Shown: piece after piece, positions 11,941 to 23,958 of the stretch
How positions within the stretch are numbered: the stretch's first letter is position 1
How the letters are laid out: every line of letters begins with the position of its first letter
Source: Anthoceros angustus
Taxonomy: Eukaryota; Plantae; Anthocerotophyta
Assembly: GCA_010909165.1 (NCBI GenBank)
Contig: VJWM01000187.1
Location: 372,545 to 436,544 of the forward strand
Length of the DNA stretch: 64,000 bases
Direction: 5' to 3'
The notes under the pieces: model-generated
Told to the model about the DNA's origin: nothing
Databases searched by the model: none
What the model saw: the letters and a program-made list of their open reading frames with translations, nothing else
Translations under genes and position numbers: made by a program

Positions 11941-12529
11941 AAAAAGTCACGGCCTTCAAACAGGACCTCATGCGCCCGGTAGTTTTCGGGGTAGTGCGGT
12001 GAATTTTAGAGAGAATCGACCTTTTGGCCATTATTTTACAGAATGTAAAATTCATTACAATATAGTAGAAAACATGCCAAGTGGGGTGAATATGATCTAC
12101 CATCAAGGTGGAAAACAGAGCACTAGAGTAGAAAACATGGCGACCAAGTGAATACCAGTGCGTCTAGTAGAAGCTCATTCTAGAAATCCCACCAAAATCG
12201 CTAATCGACAAAACATTTTCTTAAATAATATTCATGCGGATCCGGGATATACAAAACCAACAAAGAACCCTTTTCTTTGCGAGTTTCCAGATATCCGAAT
12301 TGCATGAAATCTAATTCAACTAATGAAGAGTAAATACCAGATAGAGTGAACTCGCTTCAACAAGAAACCTACAAACAAAACCAAAATTAGCACCCAAACC
12401 GTAATTACGCTGCTACTAGTAAACACTAAAAATAAAACATTGATACTCACCTTATTTTGGGAAATTTCTACAATTATCTGATTGAAAATGTAACACGACC
12501 ACTTGGCTTGATTGGTACTTTACATTATC

Positions 12530-15500
12530 ATAATTGGCAACCAATTGATGAAGAGGACTTGGCGAAATTGACCATCTTCCGCAAGGTCACAACCTAAAAC
12601 AACACAACCATTAATTTTCAATCTAGTAAACTGATTAATAAAAGCATAAAGCTTCGATCCGGATTTTCGCGAGATCGATTGCATATCTCGAGGCATACAC
12701 TCCGTTGTCTTTCCCACGTAATCTCCGAACCTCTTGCTCTTTCTGCTGCGCTTGATTTCTCTTGATGCTTAATATGCTCTTGTCTCCTCTCGCATTTCTC
12801 CCTCTGAATCTCAAGGGCTTTCTCTCTTTGCTTAGAGACTCGTAATTCAAGCTTTCGCCTCTGTCTCTCTATAAGTGCCTCCAAATCCTTTTTGCTGAAA
12901 CTCCATTTCCTGTTTCAATTTGTCATTCTCCAATTCCGTTCTCGGGAGATCGGCAAGCCATTGCTCAAAGCCACATTTCCATTTGATCCACAGTGCAATA
13001 TATCAGGTGCTACCACCACATACATCTGGTTAACTTCGGATGAATCACACTCACTGCACAATGCCCTCCAACGGAGGGCCACCGCATCCACTTCCCTCTG
13101 TGTCAATGTTGAAATGAGGGATGAAAGCCCACTAGTCGAAGGATTTACAATCTGCCAAGAAGAACACAATCAGGAAACTCCAAAATGAATGAAAACAACC
13201 AAAGAACAGCCAAAGAATCAACCTTGTCAACATATGGAATTTGAGTAGAACACCCTGTCGTTGGTGCTAGTGTCCATCTGGATGCCTTGGCAACAGCTTT
13301 CAGAAGGTGCCTGCCAATAAAAACAAGAACCAGTATGATTAAAAAAAACTAACATGGCCAGACTACAACAAAGCAACTTCACAATACTAACCTGAACTTC
13401 AAGACACAGTGGACCACATGGTGCAGAAAAACTCAGTTCAGTCCCAACATTGTTCAGGGGTCTGCTTTCATGATGAATAACAGGAGTGGCCACGAGGAGA
13501 CGACAAATCGAAACAAGTCGGGACACGAGATTTTGACACACAATCCCTACTTGATACAAATCTCAAACACTTACATTACTAACGTGTTGCACTTGCAAGG
13601 GGCCGATCTTGGTGACTAAAATACTATTTCGAGTTACATTCAACACATTGACGGAAGAACACCCTTAAATCATCCCGCATCCGATTGAGTTCTTCATTTA
13701 AAAGCTCGATAAGATCGTCGTTCACGAGAACAAGAACTCTTCGGTACTTTTTTGCTTGACCGAGCGGTCATATCTGCAAAACATATGAGAACGTTAGGAA
13801 CGAGCATACAAAGACTCAAATGTCACAAGCTTTCACAACATATTACCTTGAAAATCCAAATCCGTTTTATGGCGGTCACACTTCTCCCGGCCGAGGGCAC
13901 GAGCCATCGTCAAGCGTGTAATCATCGTTACAGCAGCTCTTATTGGTGTAGTAGCCAACAAGCCCAGCTGCTTCAGCCATGGTCTTCATAAATCTTGACA
14001 GCATTCCTTTTGAAACACGAAGTTTTGCATACCAAGCCTGAACAAAAAAACAAACAGTTAGTAAATAGAAACCACAAAACTCAAGCCCAATAAACCAAAA
14101 ACTTACATTGGATCTTGGGTTATCAATGGTTGAATTGAAGAGAAACCCCTGAATTGACAAATTCTTGTCATGTGCAGACCACTTGGGAGAGTGATCAATA
14201 TGACTTTAAAGGTTTCGATGGCGTCCTTTTCGTAGATCTTTGACCTTTTGAAATGCTCACTCTGGTAGTTCTTCATATCCACTTTGTAATTTTTGAATGC
14301 CGTTCTTCATACACGCAAATGAAGGCGAGCTCATCTGATACATCAAAACATCAAACAAACGGAAACAAAAGACTACCTCTTGAACAAAAGGTCCACTTTG
14401 AATCGATGCAAATGAGAAGTCCCTAATGAGCGGGTTATGTAACTCTTCACCACCTCGAACCCCAAACTGGTCATGCAAAAATATGCACACGCAAACAATA
14501 TAAGCATAAGGGCTCGTTTAAGACCATAAATGAACAATCAAAGTGCACCCCAAAACCAACAATATTACCTTTTAAGCCCCAAATGAGCATTGATGATCTC
14601 TGTGAAAGAATCATCGCTCATCATCATCAAACCTCTTTTCGACATGACACAATCCCAAGGTCCTTGCTGATTTTCATGGGCAATAGGCACCCATGGAAAA
14701 TTCCATGAAACAAGTTGATCGAACATCGAGAACCAAGCCGGCTTTGGTTCGGGATGCACTTGTTAAAATCCGGTTAAACCCACGAAAGAAAGACATCACC
14801 GCGTGAAGATCGGATCACCATGTGAGGAAAGTCGAACTATCAAAATCAACAAGTAAGAAAACATCACTACTTACGTTTACGGAGAAAATCTCCTGTCCTT
14901 GATTCGAACTTGATGGAAAAAGGGTATCGAATAAGATTTAGATCCTTGTAAGGAATATCCTCAAGATATCCCATCCCCTCACTTTCATAAAGGCCACGAG
15001 GCGACTTGACACGCTTATTACGCTTTGACCTATCCTCCCCACCACTCAAAGCATCATTCACAGCTCCCTCGGGGACAAATCACTGCTCTCGAAAATTTCT
15101 TCATCATCAATTTCCTCCATACCCATGGCAAAGTCATCTTGGGACCCGGACACTTTAGCCTCTCAAACATATCGAGCACTTCTTGATCGGGATGACTCGG
15201 TCGGGGAACCACAGCATGGAAAAGCGCCTGTAAAGCATCCTGTTCAAGCACACAAATCTCTAGACTCTAGGCAGGCTTTGGCGGTCACAACCATGGGATC
15301 CTCGTTATCAAGAAATCATTCTCCCCACAAATGGACCCCTCTCGAGACCGGGACATAGTTAGTAATCTCCGCAAGAGGACCTTCAACCAATGCCACAGTC
15401 GTGTCAACCCTTCTCTCTTTCTGCACAAACTCAAGCGTCGAGCATCCTTCTTGGATGAGAAGTGCCTTGGGTTTAGGAATGCCTTTTTGGAACTAAATAT

Positions 15501-15652
15501 GTTCCTTCACATGCACAACACCATCAACTTTACCATCATCCTGCAGTGGATGAGTTGCGAGGAGACGGTGACTTGACTGTGTCTAGTGTGCCATGACTTG
15601 AGGACCCTTGCTTCTTTCCCGGTCCAGGAGTGGGTTTCCTTTTGGGTGCCAT
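12530..15652 (-). CDS. Multi-exon tyrosine recombinase (Crypton/DUF3504-like), copy 2
   Basis: ttttgcag|ATG gives MAPKRKPTPGPGKKQG. Further segments: FLHDQFGVRGGEELHN(L)LIRDFSF (~14445-14490); CMKNG; acceptor then AWYAKLRVSKGMLSRFMKTMAEAAGLVGYYTNKS.R (~13930-14040); VT(G)HK (~13870); intron, then R|YDRS (Tyr at ~13770); C-terminal coiled coil LEALIERQRRKLELRVSKQREKALE. The 3' end is approximate. Confidence 0.88.
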
Positions 15653-18038
15653 CTGCAAAAGCACCGGTGATCAAAACACAAAAAAACATTTGAACCAGTT
15701 AATGAACTTGCAAAAACCAACATGAAAAGACTTACATGGAGATGAATGCTTTCAAATGAGAACTGCTGAAGGGTCTAAAGTTGATTATACCACAATCGAA
15801 AAGAAGGGAGTGTGGGAGATATTGCAGAGACACATCCTTTGATCTATACTGTTAGATTTTGCGATCCCTCCATTTTAAGTTAGAGAAACTTCCATTTTAA
15901 CAAACCCACATACTTCAAACACTCTTTTGCCAATAATATTGATAGACATTAGCCCAAGCGAGCCTTGATCACCGACCAGAAACACAATTTCACACTCGGG
16001 CAAATAGTTATCCCGAGACAGACAGACAATTAGAATGTTGGAAGAGCACCTTTGACAAATTTACCGAAAGCAAGTTTAGTGAGGTGGATATTATGAATGT
16101 CAAGAACATAAAGCAAAAAAAAGGAAAGTGTAAACATCTTACTAAAATCCGAATTCACCCTAAGAATTTTCGCGTGGGTGATGCACAACAAAAGGAGAAA
16201 AAGTTAACAACCCGGCATCGATGAAACAAACATAGCGCAAAAGAACCACGATTGACAACACCAACCATGACCAAGATACAAACCACGAGACATAATGCAA
16301 TAAACAAGAACAAAAGTCGACATAAAACACGAAACTAAACACATCATTAGACAAACACGAAAGTGACTAACAAGCGTGCACACGTTGGTGACGATGCAAA
16401 GACAATTCTGCGATGCGACGGTGGCGAAGTGATCTACCTTCCAATCGCGGACAAAGCGATGGCGCGCATCACAAAAGCAACGACAACGGCGCATGTGAAC
16501 AACTTCAAAAGACAAATACCTTTAAAATGTTTTGCCCAAAGGCGGCGATGCATGGAACAAGCTCTTCGCATGAAAAATAAGAGCATAAGTACAGAAGCGT
16601 AAGAACACCACACGAGTTAAGGGCGCAACACTTTAGAGAGAAAAGTACAAAAGCTGCGTGATTACAAATCGAGTCGAAGCAACGCTCACATGCCTTCGTA
16701 TCCGAGATACAGAACAATGTTTATACTTCACAAAGAAGAACATGCAGATATAAAATCGGACACGCGCGACACATCGGTGATAAACAAACGGACACGCTAA
16801 ACGAGATAAACACCAAGCGAAAACAAACTTATTAACAAGAGCATATATAGAAAATGAAAGCAGAGACGATGAAAACACAAGACCGACAAGACATTACACA
16901 CATCTCAAAGGCACTTCACGTGCGTCTTGAGCGTAAAATAACGCTGTGAACAAGCGGACAACACATTAACATGTAAGGCAATACCACAAAAGCAGTCAAG
17001 ATCTGCGAGCAACATAGTCACACAAAACAAGACTCCAAGTCGGTGGAAGTGATGATGACAAAGCAACAACCAGCGAGAAGAGCAAAATGAGAACACGAGC
17101 AAAGCAGACACAAAAGCACACCGTCCAGCAAGATAAAGCGAAGAGGCAAGTGAGAACAAAGCAGTCTAACAACTTATAGTCGAGCATGAGAGGTTAAAAG
17201 ACACCTTGGCCTTGACAGCGACAAGACGCAAAACCCTTGGCCTCGAACAAAACAACAATAAAAGAAACCTCGAATAACAAAGAAGACCTTGGCCCGGACG
17301 AGCATAAAGCGTAAACATAAAAACACTGAGCTAAGTCAGACAACAACAAGACAAGCTAACACAACAGAATCACGACATGATGCAAACCACAAGGCAGGCG
17401 CAAAGAAAGCTAAACATCTAAAACAAGCTAGGGCGAAATGGACCGACAAAGCGCGCGAGCACCACCTGGACCCAAGAAAAACCAACCGCCTTGGCCCTCG
17501 GACAAAAGCATGAAAGAACTTAAAACGAACAACAAATCGGACGTAAAAGCGTGCGTGGGGACATAGAAAAAGAAGGGAGAGGGCCTTAACCTAAAGGAAT
17601 CCTGGAAGGTCAAGCAAAACCCTTGGCCTCGACAAAACAACAATGAGAAACCTCGAACAACAAAGAAGACCAGGCCCGGACCAAAGCATAACGTCATAAA
17701 AGAACCAAGGAACAACACAACCCTTGGCCTGAAAGCACATCAAAATACAATGAGAACGGACTGAGACTATGAACTAACAAGCAAATCACCATGATGCAAG
17801 CACTACAAGGCCGAAAGCTAAGGCAACTAAAAAGCGCTAGGAGCTGGAGAAGCGCCTTGGCGCAGCGAGCACCTGGACCGCAACAAGTGAGAAACCAACC
17901 CTTGGCTCGGACAAAAGCTGAAACAAAGCTACAACCTTGGAAAGGACGTCAACCGAGGGACTAGAAAAGAGGAGTAGAAAACGCAGCAAGAATACCGGAA
18001 GGTCCCACCGAAAAACACTGAAAGACCTCCGTGAACCC

Positions 18039-18060
18039 TTATATAGACCCCAAACCCTAA
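18039..18060 (-). promoter_or_regulatory. TATA box plus telo-box, copy 2
   Basis: cccttatatagaccccaaaccctaa; position conserved in all three copies. Confidence 0.6.
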
Positions 18061-19825
18061 CCCTTCTCTCTCTGCGCCGCCACTCTCTCTCTAGAACCAA
18101 ATTTGAAAATACCAAACCTACTCGAGCCGGACACCCAACAACCTAGGTCGCCATTCGTTGCCGCGCCCTCCTCAAACCTAGTCTTGTTCCAAACCTAGCC
18201 ATAACCTAACCTAATTTCCGAACCTCTTCGTGCGTCGAACCTCCTGAACACCAGCCACGGCTCTTGAGCATCCGAACCCTAATTCATGTCTTGAGCACTC
18301 ACGCCTCGGACTCACTTCTATCGCCCACCAGTCGCTGCTCCCGCCCGCCCACGCCGCCCTGTGTCACTCGCCCTCAGCTCCGCTAGTTCCCTTGTTCCAT
18401 CCTCGAGTGTTCCTCCCACCTCCCTACCGCCCTGCCACAGCTGCCTCTTTCTCCACGTCCCTTGCTCACCTCGTGAGGCTGCGTCTTCACCTATGAACGC
18501 CTTTCGCCCGCAACGCGTTTCTCTTTTCGTAGTGAATAGCGAGTTTCTCTCATCCGAGCCCGAGCGCTCAACACACTCTGCTGGCTTCTCCCTTTGGTTC
18601 CAGGCGGTGCAAGCAATACCTCATCATCATTGGCGGCCTCAGGTGAAGAGCACGTGAAGACGTTTGCGATTGGCAAGGTGAAACTTACGCCGAGAGTTTG
18701 TTTTGCCTTTGAAATTGTTTGTTGTCTTTTGCTTTGTGCCTATGCTCATGCTTGACTCTACCGAGATACCACAAGAAGGTTCGAACGGCGAGAGTTGGCT
18801 CCGCAAGAAAATGCCGATTTTCCCGACGGGCCCTTTCCACTCACCCTGCTTGCCGCTCACCGCAGCGCCAAGGAGACAAAAGAGGTCTCCCTTGGCGTCC
18901 TCCGTGGGTACGACAACACTCTTGCGTGTGTGCGTCTTTTATTCTTTTCTTCGCCTCTAACACCCGGCGTCTCGCTCTTGCCTCAGTCTTTGCTTGTGAA
19001 TAGCTTATCGCTGCTATGTTTGCTTGCGCTTTCTTACCTTGAATGTTGCTGCGAGAAAACCTGACTCCTCTACACACGGCCTTGAGTCCAACATGCAGAA
19101 GACATCGAGCAGTAACAAGCCTACGGTGCGAACTTATCTTTCTACGCTTCGTTTGTTTTCAAAGTCGCTACTCGACCGAAAACGCTAGCAAGTCTTGATA
19201 GTTCTCGATGCTTGGCGTTTCTCACTCTCTTTATTCTCGCTTAATCTCGGTTAATCCTCCGGACGTAACCCGTTCAGTAGTGACTCCGCGCGCGGTGCGG
19301 GCCACACACATGCAAGAGCAGCGCGCTCTGTCTCAACCTATAGAGGCTGCAGTCGCATGCAGCCTTTCCTTAGGCATACAGTTGTCCTTAAAACTCAGGT
19401 TCAAACTGTAGCTAGAGTCAGCATTGGTCATTCAGCAATGTTTGAGTCAACATCGCGTCGTGACAACAACTTGTCAACTTTATGCCGGTATAGCATGGGA
19501 ACATGCGCTGTTGGTGGCATGCATCGGCGTTTGCAACTTGATATTGGATCACTCGACGAAGTTCAAAAGTCCGTAATCATATTTTATTTCTAACCGTGTT
19601 TTCCTAACTATTCGTTGGAAGTGAAATTGCATGTCCGAATATCTTAACGAGACATGAAAACCGGTTTGAGCGTAAGTCATATAGTCTTTGTGTTGCCGTA
19701 GTATATTTTATCAGCTGAAAGTCGCGGCATGCGACAACTTGCACCGAACGACAACTGCGGAGATGGCGCAAACACGTGCATTTTAAAAGTTCAAGTTATT
19801 CATTGGCACGGCTGCTTTTATTCTA

Positions 19826-21320
19826 ATGGCATCCGAGAATGAGAAACAGCGATGAAATGGTCGACATCCAAGAAGGTAATGATCATTTACGCCTATAAAT
19901 CCATTTTTGGTTGACTCATGGTGATTTTTCCGTAAGTGACAATAGTAAAGACCCAACAAACCTTAACTGGCGATCAACAACAATGTTCCCACCCATGGGG
20001 ATCCAGGATATGATGACTGAAGTTCAAATCCTCTCATTGAGATACGAAGATAGTTGAGAAAGGTAATACATTTCAATTAAACTAATTGAATCTCCATGAA
20101 CATTTCTAACTCGATATCTTTGATAGATTACTACGGAGCACACTATGTTCACATCAATGGACAAAAAGGACTTGCTCCTTTGCCGGTGCAATTGGAAAAA
20201 ATTAAAAAGGTAAAGACTTGGTTCGCAACTTTCTAGGGACAATATGTATCGCAACTCACTTTAGTTGTATATGGTTACAGGATATTAAGAAGAATCTCAA
20301 CAACTCAATTAGAGTTGGAAACAATGACTACGGGGAGGTTTAATGGACAAGATCTCAATTCATCGATTTTGGAGGTAAACAACTACACTATTATGTGTAT
20401 TTATTTGTAATAAATACTAATTTCCTTGTTCTGATCTTCTTGAACAAGTTGCAGCTAAGGAAATTAAGGAGAAAATTGAAGCAATGGATGACAAAATCAA
20501 CAACACGACCATCTTTCATCGTAATTGCTGTTGTATGTTTGTAATTAATAATTAGTATATTTGTAAGTAGTATATAATACAATCTTTTCAAAAGGACAAA
20601 AGAGGAAAAAGGAGTCAAGATAATGCACCAACGTATGGACCATCGAAGAATTTGCGATTTTGGAAAATGGATGGATAACTTTCGTATCCACAAGTCTTCC
20701 AAGATTTTAAATAGATATGTTCCCATTTGGGAACATAGCCTCAAAGATCCACAATCGCAATGAAGATGGGTCGTGAACCCTAGAAGACATGGAGATCCAA
20801 AAAGTAAGTGTTATCGGTTTATGTTATTCTTAGTATAGTTTATTTGAATCGGTTTATGTAGTACTAATGAAATTTTGAGTTTTGGTAGAAATATCGCCAT
20901 TGAAAATAAGGAGCTAAAACCATGCACTTGTTGACTCGATGGAAGATCCGAAACTACAAAAACATTCAAAAGGTTAGTTCAGTAACAATTTATTTATGTA
21001 AACAAGGAAAATTGATATTCGTATTTTTTAAATATGTAAATTCTAACGTTGATACCTCTTTGCGAGCATCACATTTCCGTAGTGTGGGAAATCTTCACAG
21101 CCATTGCCTCACATTAGTGAGAAAGGTATTCGAGCAAGATCTTCTTGACTTGAGATGGGTAAAATATTAACTGCATTTTTGTTTGTAGTTATCGAAGAAT
21201 CAAAAGGAGTTGTTTGCACTATTTGAGGTTAGTACATCATATTTACAGGTGAAATTGAATATGTACGATATCTAACATTTACCATTGCCGCTTATTCCGT
21301 TTGACGAAATTTTGAAATGA
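19826..21320 (+). CDS. Companion multi-exon protein of unknown function (~300 aa), copy 2
   Basis: ATG GCA TCC GAG AAT. About nine short exons with GT-AG introns, colinear with 39301-40847. Confidence 0.65.
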
Positions 21321-21712
21321 TTAACTTTCTTCTGGACCGTATAATGAACAAAGAAAGAAGTATTATTCAAGACGAGCGGATCCGAAATCGCGGTGTACAC
21401 CCCTTCAACGCCCGAGAAGAAAGTTAGAAAGGATAAATCGTAAAAGCGAAAGGCAAACGTAACAGCGTGAAAGTGAAAAACTCAAGTGCGAAAGTGGCTG
21501 AAGAGAGAGAAAAAGACTTTTAAAGTGGTTGCACAAACAGCGATTCTAAAGATCTTGAGACCTCCGCCTCGGTGGTCGAGTGGGAGGCGTCTCGGCCCCC
21601 GGCTCCGCCGCCGAGAGGCAGGCGCTCGTCGGGCGCCCGGCCTACGGTCTCGGCCTCGGCCTCGGCCGTTCTCGCGTAGCCCGGCGTCCGTTCTAATAAT
21701 ATAATCTAAGGC

Positions 21713-22455
21713 TCAATTCACGAGCTCTTCCAAACAAAAATTCCCACTTTGCAAAAACCATGCATCTATAACGGATGCATGCGGACGCAAAATCGGTAAG
21801 TGCTCTTGAGCGTACTCACCGCCACATTACATCGTCGGCAATGCTCTTGGCCGGCAGTTCCTCGAGATCTTGAGACCATGTATATAACTCCGGTGGCCGG
21901 AGCGGATGTAATTTTGTTTTCGAGGCACTCCACTTGAAAAAGCTCTCGCACTTTCCTTGCATTTCGAACTGGAACAAAAGTCTGCAAAATCCTTGGGCGG
22001 ATAGCTTTGGGCCAGCGCGGATTTCCTCGGGTCGTGACTCGTCATGACCCTCATTTCTAGGAGGTCCACCAACTTCCCAACAACCCCTGGTCAAGGCTAT
22101 AGCTGCAGTACCCAAAGCCTCGTAGATTTCTTGCATTGAGGTCCTTTCTTCTTTACAAGCCACGTACATAGCGGCGCCACATCGTCTTCACAACTCCCTT
22201 TTCTCAAGACCCTCGCCTTCTTGTACAAGGAACTTGCCAATACACGTGTTGTGCACAATTCTCATTCTTCTGCGAGCTCAAATCCTATCAAAGCGGATGT
22301 CATTGCCGTGAGTGGGAACCCGTGCATTCGTGTTCCGCGTGTGGATGCAACCCATTTTCCTTTGCGCTTTGTAGTGCGGATGCAAGTGGTTAGGCCAGCA
22401 TGGTCGAGCAAGTCATCCGTGTATCGTGGGGCGTCCCTGCTATCTGCTCCATCAA
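21713..22455 (-). CDS. TFIIB-like protein, copy b (intronless; zinc ribbon deleted)
   Basis: YTDDLLDHAGLTTCI; RVLASSLYKKARVLRKG; AAMYVACKEE..EIYEALG; GF(L)QTFCS; SAPATGVIYMV; KSIAD.CNVAVSTLKSTYRF.RPHAS..AWF. These correspond to the B-linker and both cyclin folds of TFIIB. Confidence 0.85.
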
Positions 22456-23950
22456 TAAATCCACGAGGGCTTTGGACAATGAGTGACTAACACAATGATT
22501 GTTTTCTCAAGCAGAGTAAAGAATTCCCGCGGCTTTGGACAACCTTGACACCTTACGAGGGCTTGTCCGTTTATGAATATATGTAAGTCGCATCCCTCAT
22601 TTATATACCCAAGTTTTCCTTGGCCCTTGGGAATCTTCGTGGAATTTTGCATCCGAAACCCCTAATTACCATGGGCCAAGGAACAATCATCCTTGGATTT
22701 CGTCATCCCTTTTTTTACTTCCTTGAGGTTGATTCCGTCCTTGGACTTTGGCCTCACAAATTTTTCCACAAAGTTCTTCTTTCTCGAGCAGGGCCTTGAG
22801 TCCGCTAGCCTATGCGCCTCGGGGACGCCGGAGTCTGCCGTCCTATTGGCGCACTCCGGCACACCCGCTGAGCCAAGATGCAGTCCGTCGGCCTACCCGC
22901 AGATCGAGCCTCCCACTCCCCAATCGACGTTCTCTACGGTTTAGGGTTATCGGGCCTACCACTCCAGTCGCCGTCCTTTCGGCCCTCCTGAGACTTCTCA
23001 CGGTGAGTGCACGATGGCGGTGTCGTGCAATCCCGACCACATGCGGTGAAGCTTGAGAAACCGTTTTAATTTTTGAAAGTGTTTCGTAGAAAGGGCCTAT
23101 GTAAATTAGCCTACTTGTACCAAATATCAAAGGCTATCGCGTCAAGCTATGTTGGAGCTTGAAATGACAACTTGCATGCGAGAAGGAAGCGAAGTCAACC
23201 AAGAACAACCTTTAGACTAAACCACATCCTTGTAGGCGGTGAAAACCAAGCGTGGGATGAAAACAATCACTACTATTGAAGTTTTGAAAAGGGTGGAGAC
23301 CCCATTAAAAGCGTTGAGCGTTTTTAGAGGACTTAACTTTCTGAAGAGAAGCTCTTTTGCCACCAAAATTTTCAAACCTCCTAGGAGCAAAGATTTGCAT
23401 AGTACTAAATTGCAATCAAGAATGTAGGTCGCTAGAATGAAGGTGGCGAGATAGTCTAAAATCTTATGTGAAGCAGTCATGTCCATGCACACGATGTTTG
23501 ATTTAACGTAAGCAAAAATCTTGTCACTAAGGGCGTGGGACGGCGAGTCTTTCAATCCATGAAGTCCATCGGCAAACCTTTAACTTGCATGGTCGAGTGT
23601 GCATGAGTGTAAGTGTTGTTGGGAATGCGTGTTGGATCTTGGTGGAATGCGATGCGGATGTATGGATGGGCGGGTCGGATGCATAGGATTCAAACATTGG
23701 ATTAATGGAGAGTCTCAGTCACGGCGGCTATATCGACTATGTGCGGCGACATACTCCTCACATCATTCTTGGCACCGGGGACAAACATTTGACCCCTTGG
23801 CAAGCATAACAAATTTGGCGTCATAATGCACCAGTCTATTGATACATTTAATTTTACGTAGTGAGAAAAAGTCACGACCATCTTGCATGCTAGTATGTGA
23901 GCGCACACACACTGAGCTATTTGATTGAAGGCAAGTTCACGGTAGCATAA
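22456..23950 (-). repeat. TFIIB tandem unit spacer c
   Basis: Uninterrupted 1.5-kb spacer between two TFIIB copies. ataatctaaggctcaattc at 21701 recurs at 23947, a period of ~2245 bp for this deleted unit. TATA gggtatataaat at ~22600. Confidence 0.9.
23217..23890 (-). CDS. Putative second intronless ORF downstream of TFIIB (unknown function)
   Basis: 112-aa open frame LSDKIFAYVKSNIVCMDMTASHKILDYLATFILATYILDCNLVLCKSLLLGGLKILV. It extends upstream via VKGLPMDFMDW and MVMTFSHYVKLNVSID in the other copies. Confidence 0.4.
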
Positions 23951-23958
23951 TCTAAGGC

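Larger units (their letters stand above)
11941..21700 (-). mobile_element. Crypton-like tyrosine-recombinase DNA transposon, copy 2 (apparently full length, ~9.76 kb)
   Basis: Flanks rejoin to the uninterrupted site aagttcacgg..ataatctaaggctc seen at 241-265, 23935-23960 and 62538-62562. Colinear with 31372-41256. Contains the YR gene and the companion gene. Confidence 0.88.
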
